A stretch of 62,615 nt of DNA, filler included, from Stramenopiles sp. TOSAG23-2 (Eukaryota), in the NCBI GenBank assembly GCA_900128395.1. It is 11 parts of 11 records of this genome, joined end to end, with 100 filler letters (N's around TTAATTAATTAA, not from the genome) between each part and the next. Parts side by side here need not be neighbours in the genome. Positions count along the whole stretch, not along the records: positions 29,216 to 36,399 come from LT650350.1; positions 36,500 to 43,670 come from LT650351.1; 9 more parts are not named here. One strand, written 5' to 3'. The notes under the pieces are model-generated. The model saw nothing but the letters and a program-made list of their open reading frames with translations, was not told where the DNA came from and searched no databases. Every line of letters begins with the position of its first letter. Positions within the stretch are counted from its first letter, which is position 1. Below are positions 31,538 through 41,720 of the stretch, piece by piece. The translations under genes and the position numbers were made by a program.

Positions 31538-33394
31538 ATGAGTCACATGGTACCAGATAATGGACATTTTGCTCAATATCAACAACAATTATTACAACAA
31601 CAACATGCAAATATGATGATGATGATGAATCAAGTATCCGGGCGAAATCAAGGTCAAAAACCTGGTGGTGGTGGCAATGGTAAAACACCTAATCGACCGG
31701 GTGCAACGACTAATACCACTACAAAGAGGAAGAAAATTAAATTACCACGAACCTGTTTTGTTATATTTCGTTCAGAACAAAATGCTGATATTAAAAAAAA
31801 GCATCCAAATTTAGATTTTGGTGATATTTCTAAAGAAATTGCACGAAGGTGGAAATCATTATCCCCGGAAGATAAATTAATATGGATCAATAAAGCAAAA
31901 GCGGAGAAAGAAGCATGGGAAGCACAACATGGTTCCGTACAAGAATATAAACAACAACAACAAGCTGCTAGCAATACCCCATTAGCACAAGAAAGGCGTG
32001 TGCAAGAGTTACAAGCAAGATATTCCGCATTTGCTTTTTTTAAACGTGTTTTTAATAAAAAAGTACGACTTGAATTAAAAAATCATCATGAACGAGTGCA
32101 ACAAGAACGTGCAAAACAAGCTGCTGGCGCTGCTATTACTAAAATAGTAGAATCGTATGAAGGGAAAGAAGTTCCTGAAAACATTGAAGAGTTAAAAGCA
32201 AATGTTGCAAAAGAAGCTGTTGCACAAGTAGTTGAAGAGGGAAAGAAAATGAAGAAAAAAAACAAAGGTCCTGATAAAGACAAATTAGAGGAAATGGCAA
32301 GGCAACGTTGGAAGGAAATGACTGCAGCGGAACGTGCTGAATTTGACCAGAAATCACAGAAAAAATTGAAAGAGTTATCATTAGCAGTTGAAAAAAGCAA
32401 AGCACGATGGAGTGCAGCAGATGCCATTGAAGATCCTATTTTAGGAAAATATCCAATTGCACATGTCTTGCAATTTACACATGCAGTATGGAAATATGTA
32501 GATGAAAAAACAGAAACAAATCTTGGTAATGGTGAACGTGTGGAACATATTGATTGGACAAAAGTTTCTAAAATTTTATATACATTCCCATTGCGTTTAA
32601 ATTGGATGCCACATGAATGTCAACGTGTATGGAAATATATTACGTATGGTGACACATCCGTAGATCCAAGAAGTAATAATTATAATGATAGCATGGAAAT
32701 GTTAGATGATTCCGATGTAGAAGATATTAAAGAAAGTATTGGTACGGGTGGATTTCCACAATATCAAGCACAGCAAGAAGCGGAAGAAAAAGCATTACAA
32801 AAAGCAAGAAAACAACAGCAACAAATGTTGCAACAACAATTAATGATGCAAGATGGTGAAAATAATACTGAAAAAAAAGAAGTTGACAATGTAGAAAGTA
32901 AGAAAAAAGAAGATTCAAATAATAATAATAATGATAATAATAATGATACAACAGAGGAAAGAAGTGAACAAGTGTCGTCAAATACTAATAGCGATGAAAA
33001 AGAACAAACTGTAGTTGATAAAAAAGCTGATGAAAATAAGGAAGATGGTAACAAACCGGAAAATACAACGCCAGAAGAAGTACAACAAGATACTGATGAT
33101 ACACCAGTAGTTGTACAACCAGATGGAGGAGAAGAAACACAAAAGGATGATGGAGACGATACAAACAAGGTTGTTGAAGATAGTGATGAAAAAAAACATG
33201 AAGTGTTGAACAATGAAAGTAATGAAGAAACGATTGATGTTGCACTGACAACAACAAAGACACAAAGTAAAAAAAAGAAAGAAAAAGCGAATAAGAAAGC
33301 AAAAGTTAGTAAAAAACGACCGAGAGATGATGAGGATGATGGTGATGTCGTTGCGGATGATGGTGGTAGTAAAAAGAAGAAGAGTAAAAATTAA
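31538..33394 (+). CDS. HMG-box protein with acidic low-complexity tail
   Basis: KLPRTCFVIF...IKKKHPNLDFGDISKEIARRWKSLSPEDKLIW is an HMG box. A second split HMG-like box (SAFAFF...RWKEMTAAERAEF) and a Myb-like WTKVS...ECQRVWKY segment follow. Confidence 0.88.
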   Translation: MSHMVPDNGHFAQYQQQLLQQQHANMMMMMNQVSGRNQGQKPGGGGNGKTPNRPGATTNTTTKRKKIKLPRTCFVIFRSEQNADIKKKHPNLDFGDISKEIARRWKSLSPEDKLIWINKAKAEKEAWEAQHGSVQEYKQQQQAASNTPLAQERRVQELQARYSAFAFFKRVFNKKVRLELKNHHERVQQERAKQAAGAAITKIVESYEGKEVPENIEELKANVAKEAVAQVVEEGKKMKKKNKGPDKDKLEEMARQRWKEMTAAERAEFDQKSQKKLKELSLAVEKSKARWSAADAIEDPILGKYPIAHVLQFTHAVWKYVDEKTETNLGNGERVEHIDWTKVSKILYTFPLRLNWMPHECQRVWKYITYGDTSVDPRSNNYNDSMEMLDDSDVEDIKESIGTGGFPQYQAQQEAEEKALQKARKQQQQMLQQQLMMQDGENNTEKKEVDNVESKKKEDSNNNNNDNNNDTTEERSEQVSSNTNSDEKEQTVVDKKADENKEDGNKPENTTPEEVQQDTDDTPVVVQPDGGEETQKDDGDDTNKVVEDSDEKKHEVLNNESNEETIDVALTTTKTQSKKKKEKANKKAKVSKKRPRDDEDDGDVVADDGGSKKKKSKN

Positions 33395-33664
33395 AATTTT
33401 TTTTAAATTTATTAAATGACGCGATCAATTTATTTTTTGTAGTTGTTGTGTTTTGTGTATGCATAATATGTTTTAAATTTGGTACAACTCGTAAATTTTT
33501 TTTAAAAAATGTAACGTCTCTTGCTCGTAAACCTCCTCCATACATGTTTAGTTTACGAAAGAGAGTGCACCGTGTTTTAAATTTTTTTACGAGTTTGTGT
33601 GAAAATATTATTTAGTACGTCTTCTCTGTCTCTCTCTCCTCTTTCATTTACACCCACCTGCATT

Positions 33665-35161
33665 TTAACTACGTAAAAGTAAATCACGTAAATTTGTTCT
33701 AGGACTATTACTACTACTACTACTATTTGCATTAACCGAAACATTATCCGTTCTTTCAACATCAGTAATACTATTATTCGTATTATTATTATTACTATCA
33801 TCATTTGTTAATAATTTTCGTTTCTTTTTTTGTGCACCTAATATTTTTTGTTGATTTATATTATCAATATCACCATTTGCTACTAAATTGGTTTGCATTG
33901 CAATATCAACATTTGTTAATGGTGCATTTAATACTGCTTCCGCTGCTTTTAAATCATGATATGCATTTGCTAAGATCGTTGGCATACCTTCTACTAAATC
34001 TTCAACGGATTGATTAATCATCGATACTTTACGTTTCAATGAATTATAAATTTTTTTTTAACGTTTCTTTTTTTGTGCACCTAATATTTTTTGTTGATTT
34101 ATATTATCAATATCACCATTTGCTACTAAATTGGTTTGCATTGCAATATCAATATTTGTTAATGGTGCATTTAATACATCTTCCGCTGATTTTAAATCAT
34201 GATATGCATTTGCTAAGATTGTTGGCATACCTTCTACTAAATCTTCAACTGATTGATTAATCATCGATACTTTACGTTTCAATGAATTATAAATTTCTTT
34301 ATTAAATACTTGTGAAGTTCCATCAGAAATATTTTGGTCGTTTTTTTCTTTTTCACTTGTTAATTTTAACTCTTTTTCCTCTTCTTCATTTAAAATAAGT
34401 TCATCATTCTCATCAAAACAATCATTGATTGATTAATCATCGATACTTTACGTTTCAATGAATTATAAATTTCTTTATTAAATACTTGTGAAGTTCCATC
34501 AGAAATATTTTGGTCGTTTTTTTCTTTTTCACTTGTTAATTTTAACTCTTTTTCCTCTTCTTCATTTAAAATAAGTTCATCATTCTCATCAAAACAATCA
34601 TTTTCTTCCAATTCATCTGCTAAACTATGTACTTTTACTGCTTTTTTCACGACGGAACGTCTCATACCTTGTACATCTTTTGTTAAAACAACTAGCTTTG
34701 CTTCCAACGCATCGACAGAACGTTTTAAATTTTTATCAAACGTTTCAAGTACAGGTGATTTTGGTACATTTTTATTATTGTTGCTATTCATTTTCTCTTT
34801 GGAAAAAAAATCTTTATCTTCTTTCACAATATGAACATGTTTCTTCACGTTTTCAAATAAACTATTTTCCAATTGTGATAAACGCAATATATATGCCGTA
34901 CGTGTTTTCTGTTCCACGTTTTGATTTTTTAATATATCTCTTAATTTTTCTTGATATACATTTTGAAATGTTCTACGTAACGTGATAATATCATTTTCAT
35001 TTCTTACTTTCACTTTTTCAAAATGATGATGGTTATTGGTGGAGGATGTCTAACGTGATAATATCATTTTCATTTCTTACTTTCACTTTTTCAAAATGAT
35101 GATGGTTATTGGTGGAGGATGTCTGATATTGCCGGTCGTTGTTGTTGTTTATAAAATTCAT
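33665..35161 (-). CDS. Probable kinetochore protein NSL1/Mis14-like, fragmented by three tandem duplications
   Basis: Reconstructed as MNFINNNND...KVKVRNENDIITL...ETFDKNLKRSVDALEAKLVVLTKDVQGMRRSV...LVEGMPTIL. This resembles the Mis14 pattern EPFD..L...V..L......L...V...RR. Duplication periods are 243, 176 and 73 bp. Confidence 0.5.
33819..34600. repeat. Overlapping tandem duplications (243-bp period, slightly diverged; 176-bp period, exact)
   Basis: Copies start at 33819/34062 and at 34250/34426. Confidence 0.9.
34978..35124. repeat. Exact tandem duplication, 73-bp period
   Basis: taacgtgataatatc...ggaggatgtct at 34978 and 35051. Confidence 0.92.
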
Positions 35162-35349
35162 CTGTTTACTTTGTTTTTGTGTTGTTGTTGTTGTTGTTGT
35201 TATTTTTCTTGCATTGGAAATATTGGTTGCTCCATCGTTGTTTTCACTTTTCGTGAATATAGTATATGTTTTTTTGAAATTTTATATTATTTTTATAACT
35301 GTCTGTGAATTTGAACTAGAGAGAGAACTTGATATGGTGGTGCTCTTTG

Positions 35350-35615
35350 TATTCTAATTTCCCTATTTCAAGTATAAATTATGTGTCAACATTGATACAG
35401 TAGGTGGAAAAATCGAGGAGGAAATGAATGATATAAATTTTAATATAAGGATGAAGCATTTTTATGATTTTTGTTAATATTCTAATTTCCCATATAAGTA
35501 TAAATTATGTGACAATTGATAGGGTGAGAAATCGATGAGGAAATGAGGAAATGAAATAAGGATGAAGCATTTACATTTTTATGATTTTTTCTATGATATT
35601 CTAAATTTCCTGATA
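35350..35615. repeat. Diverged tandem repeat, about 125-bp unit
   Basis: tattctaatttccc...aagtataaattatgtg...gaggaaatga...taaggatgaagcattt...ttatgattttt occurs twice, plus the start of a third copy. Confidence 0.7.
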
Positions 35616-35970
35616 TAATGAAATAGCTAATTTCAGTTCTCTAAATCGAACTAAATCATCGTTATCCTTAACGACGAGGTAGGGTAAGTACTAGAAGTTG
35701 CTAATAGCTAATAGCTGGTTTGCGTAGAAGCATAAATTCACTACAAAATGTTTATACACTAAAATTTGAACTAATAGGTCAAATAATCATAAAAAAAAAG
35801 GCACATCAAAACGTAGGTAAATCATTTTAAAAGGGGGATAAACTTAAGGTATTTGGTGGGTGGCACGGGGCCCTAAACAACTAAACTAACTAACATGGCA
35901 ATACCATGCATGCTGGCATGCCGTTTAAAAAATAAAAATAGAAAAGAATATTTCTAGAGAGGATCGCAGT

Positions 35971-36112
35971 ACACTATTCACTTTGGGGGAAATATGTATA
36001 TATATCGTTTTCTAAAATGCCAATTTTATTTTTCATATATTGTAAAAAAATAGCAAATATCCGAAAATATAGAAAAAATGATGAATATTTCCCCCATACT
36101 GAATAGTGTTAA
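35971..36112. mobile_element. Putative MITE with 25-bp terminal inverted repeats
   Basis: acactattcactttgggggaaatat (35971-35995) versus the reverse complement of 36085-36109, acactattcagtatgggggaaatat (2 mismatches). TTAA abuts the right end. Confidence 0.6.
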
Positions 36113-36399
36113 GTGCACAGTTTTCTCACGGTTTAGAGTTTAGAGGGTAGTTAACAGGTACACACTACACACTACACACAGGACTGTGGTTATTGGCAAT
36201 GAACAAATAACCAGTGCTGTGTGCTGTGTAGGCGCATCACTTTAATGGATAATGGACCCGATTATTAGATATCAACATTTTGTGCACATCTTTTAACCTT
36301 CTCACCGGGGCAGATATTTTAGCGAGAGCACAAATTCAGACATTGAAAATTCCATTTAAAACTAAATATTAATAGTGCTATTTAATGCTAAATACTTCA

Positions 36400-36499
36400 N
36401 NNNNNNNNNNNNNNNNNNNNNNNNNNNNNNNNNNNNNNNNNNNTTAATTAATTAANNNNNNNNNNNNNNNNNNNNNNNNNNNNNNNNNNNNNNNNNNNN
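36400..36499. other. Artificial contig linker
   Basis: N44-TTAATTAATTAA-N44. Confidence 0.99.
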
Positions 36500-36526
36500 T
36501 TGCCATAAACCTTTCTTTTCCCCAAG

Positions 36527-36829
36527 TTGCTGATTCTTTTCATGTTCCTCACGTTGTTTGTTGCAACATGTTTTACCCTTAGTGCATGGTGGGGATCCAT
36601 GACATATTTTAATATGATGACAACATTCTATCAATCACGTTTTAATAAATATTTAAAAGGTTTAAAAGAAGCACATATGAAAGGGGGTGGAAAAGATGTT
36701 GAATATATTGAAAAGGAAATGAGAAATACAATCATGGTTAGAAGAAAGACAAAGAATTCTTTTGTAGATGAAAAGTCAGTTGCACTTAATATTTTAGGAG
36801 AGGAGGAGCAAGAAGTTACTCAAGTTTAA
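36527..36829 (+). CDS. Terminal exon of a membrane protein (partial)
   Basis: The acceptor-like ctttcttttccccaag ends at 36526, followed by an open frame with one TM helix and a charged tail. Confidence 0.5.
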   Translation: MLILFMFLTLFVATCFTLSAWWGSMTYFNMMTTFYQSRFNKYLKGLKEAHMKGGGKDVEYIEKEMRNTIMVRRKTKNSFVDEKSVALNILGEEEQEVTQV

Positions 36830-37025
36830 GAGAGTATTTAACACACACTATAGGCGGCACCTATAGTGTGAGAAATAGATTTCAATTTATTGCCTCAGAG
36901 TTACATTATTATTTTGACAGTAGAGTGGCACGCAGTGTGTAAATTCTAATTACGAGCGTACGACCGAAAATTGTCCGGTCGCCGCGAGTCTGTTTAAAAT
37001 AGTAAATAATTATTATTTTATTATC

Positions 37026-37934
37026 TTATGATGCACCAGTACATGCATCTTTAAAAATACATTCTGCAGCACTGCTCACCATACCATGTATATCAATATC
37101 CGATGCACCATGTTCACCAGCTTGATCAACAGAAACACCACGACCTCCAGAAATAGATTTTTTCATAATTGCTTTCACAGCAGCTTTCGCAGTATTTGCT
37201 CCACATCCAGTCAATATATTACCCTTTATTGCATCCCAACAACCTTCTAAATTCAAACTGGCTATTTGAGTGATTGGTGGCAATCCCATTGCTTTGGGAG
37301 AAAGCTCACCATTTAAACCATTCAATGTCGTTTTTATTCCTTTGGCCATTGTATCTAATCCAAGTGGATCACCTGAATACATACGAGTTCTCATACGATT
37401 TCTCAAACTTGTTTTTGTTTCTGAAGCAATTCTTTTTAAACGAAAATTTTTTACAAGACTATCATCTTCACTATTAATAGAAGGAAGATGAGGTGACAAG
37501 ATAATGTTGTCCATATTATCATCATTAAATTGTGATTTCCCGATTTGCAAAAATGAACGTGGTAATACTTGGTTATAATATTGTTGTTTACCAGTTACGT
37601 TTACTAGTTTGCGATTGTCACTGTTATCGTCCATTAAATAAGACTTTAATAACGCATTTGTCATATCAAATACAAGTTTTTCTCTATTTTTTTGATTGTT
37701 ATAATATGGATGTTGAAAGACTGGGCTATGGCCATCCTTTCCAAAAAATATATTTCGTACGCTGTTTTTAATATCTTCACTTGTAACAGTAATACTGTCC
37801 TTATTACTATTACTATTTTTAGAAGATGGAGTCTTCAATGTTAAACGATACGGTATTGAATGACTTAATTGACATATTAATAACAATATGTACAACTTGG
37901 AAAAAATGGGCAGTTTTAAATTTATATATTTCAT
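37026..37934 (-). CDS. Secreted proprotein of unknown family; short paralog of 38710-40395
   Basis: Signal peptide (LYILLLICQLSHS). Collinear similarity to the N-terminal 300 aa of the neighbour: YRLTL.TPSS, NREKLVFD.T..LLKSYL, NFRLKRIASETKTSLRNR, NLEGCW.A.KG, EC.FKDAC. Confidence 0.85.
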   Translation of the reverse strand: MKYINLKLPIFSKLYILLLICQLSHSIPYRLTLKTPSSKNSNSNKDSITVTSEDIKNSVRNIFFGKDGHSPVFQHPYYNNQKNREKLVFDMTNALLKSYLMDDNSDNRKLVNVTGKQQYYNQVLPRSFLQIGKSQFNDDNMDNIILSPHLPSINSEDDSLVKNFRLKRIASETKTSLRNRMRTRMYSGDPLGLDTMAKGIKTTLNGLNGELSPKAMGLPPITQIASLNLEGCWDAIKGNILTGCGANTAKAAVKAIMKKSISGGRGVSVDQAGEHGASDIDIHGMVSSAAECIFKDACTGAS

Positions 37935-38709
37935 CGAATATTAATATAAATGTTACTTATCCACTGTCCGACTTCTTACATTATGATTAGATTGGAGCGA
38001 GATACTCGTTTTTAGAGCATGGAAACGGTGGACCCACAGTGGTTTCTCTGAGTCGGAAGTGTGTATGCTGGTATGACGCCATGAGCCATGACGTCATGTA
38101 TAGTCTTCAGTTTTCACGTTTTCACTATGTTGGCCTTGCTATATAGAAGAAAATAAAATTTTACAATAGGCATACCATTACATTTCGTCATTATGTCAAA
38201 AAAAGCTGCTGAAAAGATATTAATAAGTTAAAGTGCATAGCGTTTCTTTTTGAGTTTAGAAGACGGGGGGCAACCATGATATGGCACAGTGTAAATTTAA
38301 TAAAAAGCAAAGATAATAAAGACTATTTTTATAAAATTATAAAACTAAACATGCAGACTTTTAATTCATATCGTCGAATAGCATTGTGAGTATGTACCAA
38401 TATATATGACGTTTCTTTTATATATTATATTATAAGACTAAATTATTATAATAAAAGGAGGAGGACTGGCACATCAGACATCAGGAATCAGGAGGAGAGA
38501 GAATAAGAAGAAGAGAAGAAGAGAAGAAGAGAATGGAAAAAAAGAAGAAGAAGACTGATAATAGTAGTTAAAATAATTAATAATAAATTGAACAATATAA
38601 TAGTACGAAAGACAAACTATTTAAACGAAAACAAATATTTTTTAGAATCCGTTGATTACTTTATTTTTTACGAAGCAAAATATTATTTGCTCATATATAA
38701 GTTCCCACG

Positions 38710-40395
38710 ATGAGGCATATTATTTTCATTACGTTGTATACGTTATTGATATTATTATTCAATTTTTTAAATATTACCGGAAATGCATTGCAATATCGGT
38801 TAACACTGACTTCCCCATCCTCTTCCAAACATGGAATTAATAGTGATAATAATGACAATAGTAAAATTTATCTTACGACAGAAGATCTCAAAACTAGTGT
38901 ACGAAATGTTTTGTTTGGAAAAAATGGCCGTAGTCTGGTCTTTCAACATAAGTATTATCACAATTCAAATAATAGAGAAAAGCTTGTATTTGATGTGACA
39001 AAAGAATTATTAAAATCATATTTAATAAAACAAAGTAGTAGTAACAGAGCTGGTGAACAATATTATAACCAGATGTCACCTTCTGCTTTTTTAGAACTTA
39101 AGAAAGACAATAAATATCTTAAATATAATAAGATTGAGAAGGCATCGCCTTCTTCTGATTCTATAAATACTGGGCAGCAACGACTGTTAAGAAATTCGAT
39201 GCATAATTTTCGTTTAAAAAGAATTGCTTCAGAAACAAAAACAAGTTTGAGAAATCGTATACGAGCTGGTACGGGAGATCCCCTTGGGTTAGATGAAGCT
39301 GCTAAAGGAATCAGAACACAACTGGATGGTTTGAATAACCAATTAACTGATAAAGCAAAATCACTCGCAGCTGCTATTCCTCATCTTCCTAATTTTAATT
39401 TAGAAGGTTGTTGGAATGCATTGAAAGGCGAAGTAAAGACTGGATGTGGAAAAAATACTGCGAAAGCTGCTATTAAAACAATTATGAAACGTACTATATC
39501 TTCTGGGCGTGCAGTTTCTGTTGGCGATGCTGCTGAACATGGTGCATCGGATAATAATATATTTGGCATGATGAGCAGTGTTGCAGAATGTGTTTTTAAA
39601 GATGCATGTGATGGTGTCTCAAATGAAGGTGATGAGCCGGAAGAAGATGCAGATGGAGGAGATGTTAATAGTGGTGCTGATGATGAAGGTGGTGCTGGGG
39701 CAGGCGCTGGTGCTGGTGGTGCTGGGGCAGGAGGTGGAGCAGGTGGTGCTGGGGCAGGCGGTGGTGCTGGTGGAGGAGGCGCCGCGGGTTCTTCGTCGTC
39801 TTCATCACCTTCTAGAAAGTCTACATCGGGTTCCTCAAATGATAATGGTTCTTCCGATGCTAAAGGGCAAAGCAGTGCAACAAATAATCCAAACCTAGCA
39901 AAAGAAGGCTCCGCTGATGGTTCAGTTAAATATAATAATCATGGCAAACGTAATAAACCAATACAAAAGGCACTGATGGGTGTACTTGAAGCTGGTGCAA
40001 AAGCAGCAAAAGTAATTGTAAAGATCAATAGTGGTGGACAAGTACGTAAAGCAGATGGAGGTAAAAATGGGGTCGATCGGACAGGATCTAATAGGCATGA
40101 TAATGGATGGGCTGCAGATGTTGCTTTATGGAACAATGGTAAGATTTTGTCAAGTGCACGTGAATCCGATCTACCAATTATGATTACATTTATGCAAGCA
40201 TGTAAAGATGCCGGAGCAACTGCTATTGGCCAAGGCAATAACTATATGGGTAATACTGGGATACATGTTGATATAGCATTGATAGGTCAATCAAAAGGTG
40301 ATATAGATGGAATATCACAAGCAACATGTTGGGGAGGACCAAATTCTAGATATGCTGGGTCTCCAGGTTATTTAAAAAAAATTATGCGTTTGTAA
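38710..40395 (+). CDS. Secreted proprotein with Gly-rich linker and C-terminal peptidase M15-like (Hedgehog/DD-peptidase fold) domain
   Basis: Signal peptide, the shared 4-Cys domain and a GAGAGG linker. The C-terminal domain has INSGGQ, RTGSNRHDNGWAAD (HxxGxAxD) and GIHVD (HxD). Confidence 0.8.
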   Translation: MRHIIFITLYTLLILLFNFLNITGNALQYRLTLTSPSSSKHGINSDNNDNSKIYLTTEDLKTSVRNVLFGKNGRSLVFQHKYYHNSNNREKLVFDVTKELLKSYLIKQSSSNRAGEQYYNQMSPSAFLELKKDNKYLKYNKIEKASPSSDSINTGQQRLLRNSMHNFRLKRIASETKTSLRNRIRAGTGDPLGLDEAAKGIRTQLDGLNNQLTDKAKSLAAAIPHLPNFNLEGCWNALKGEVKTGCGKNTAKAAIKTIMKRTISSGRAVSVGDAAEHGASDNNIFGMMSSVAECVFKDACDGVSNEGDEPEEDADGGDVNSGADDEGGAGAGAGAGGAGAGGGAGGAGAGGGAGGGGAAGSSSSSSPSRKSTSGSSNDNGSSDAKGQSSATNNPNLAKEGSADGSVKYNNHGKRNKPIQKALMGVLEAGAKAAKVIVKINSGGQVRKADGGKNGVDRTGSNRHDNGWAADVALWNNGKILSSARESDLPIMITFMQACKDAGATAIGQGNNYMGNTGIHVDIALIGQSKGDIDGISQATCWGGPNSRYAGSPGYLKKIMRL

Positions 40396-40525
40396 AAATA
40401 TATTTTTTTGTATTTTTCGAATGTTATAATATTTGCTGGTTTGCATTTTATTATAAAATATTAATAAATATATATATGGTACAAATGATAGTTCGTTTTC
40501 ACGACATCGTGCACAAATCCAACGC

Positions 40526-40867
40526 ATGCGTGTATCTAGTAATCCATTAACATATCAAGGAATGAAAGAAAGAATCAATCGATTATCATTTACTATAAAA
40601 AATGCATCATCTAACTTTAAAGACTATATTGCCAGTGGTTCTATTAGTAATGTATTAAGAAAAGTTAGTCGATCATTACCTGATTCAAGAACTATTATGA
40701 AAGGTACAGATCGGTGTGGAATGGACAAGAACAGCAATGCTGCTGCTGCTGATGGTGAAAAAAAAAGTCTTAAAGTAAAATCACGTCGTCAAAAAGATAA
40801 AAGTGGAAATGGTTTAAAACAAGAAAATGTAAACACAGGTGGTAAAGCATTACCTACACAAATGTAA
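40526..40867 (+). CDS. Hypothetical protein or gene fragment
   Basis: 113-aa ATG-initiated ORF with host-like codon style and no recognised domain. Confidence 0.35.
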   Translation: MRVSSNPLTYQGMKERINRLSFTIKNASSNFKDYIASGSISNVLRKVSRSLPDSRTIMKGTDRCGMDKNSNAAAADGEKKSLKVKSRRQKDKSGNGLKQENVNTGGKALPTQM

Positions 40868-41720
40868 AAAGAGTAGTATATAATAGATAAATTCCTCTTT
40901 TAACCTAAGAACAACTCTATCAATTTAGCAGGTGAATATGCTTAGGAAACGCAAAAAAGTGTAAATATACCTTATTGTTTAAGGTTTTTCTATGGCATTC
41001 TATTTTACACTACAAAATTGTAGAGTTACTACTTTCCTAGCACCCTCACATTAAGTATGATGTTAGCAACCAGCAATATACCCTTATGTCAGACACTTAG
41101 GTACTAAGTACCGTGGTGTTAGCAGGCAACAGTAGAAAGAAATAGGTAAACCATACAAAAACCTTAATAGTACTTTTCTTCAGGTATAGTACTGGGCCTG
41201 CCGTGAAGATCAGGACCGGTAGGATCGGGATAGCATTGGATTAGTTTTTGGAGGAGCTGTGTTTGATGGTGTTTGTATGGTAATAACACTATCTATAAAC
41301 TATACGCCTGATTGGTACCAAATATCTACTCAGCATCCTTTGATATTTGACATCGTAGGTGGTAGACACCATCAACACTAAAACAAAGCGTACTAAAAAA
41401 TACTTACACTACAATTCCCGTATACTAAAATAACTAGGCAAAACGCAGATCTGGCATCAATTCATTGGCCTGTGGCCTGTGGGGATGCTGGATGATAGGT
41501 ATATTTAGTATACTATCATTGGTGCTTAATATAGCCTGTATAAAAAGATGATGGTGTGAAGCAATTTTTATTGTTGACGTCATGGTGTCAAATATGCTGG
41601 TGTTAGCGGTAGCCTTCAAATTACTGTAAATGTATATTTATACTCCAGTCTATTTTTATTAATTATACTGTGTGTTTTATTCTTATTTTTGCTCTACTTG
41701 AGTCGGAACACACGACGCTA

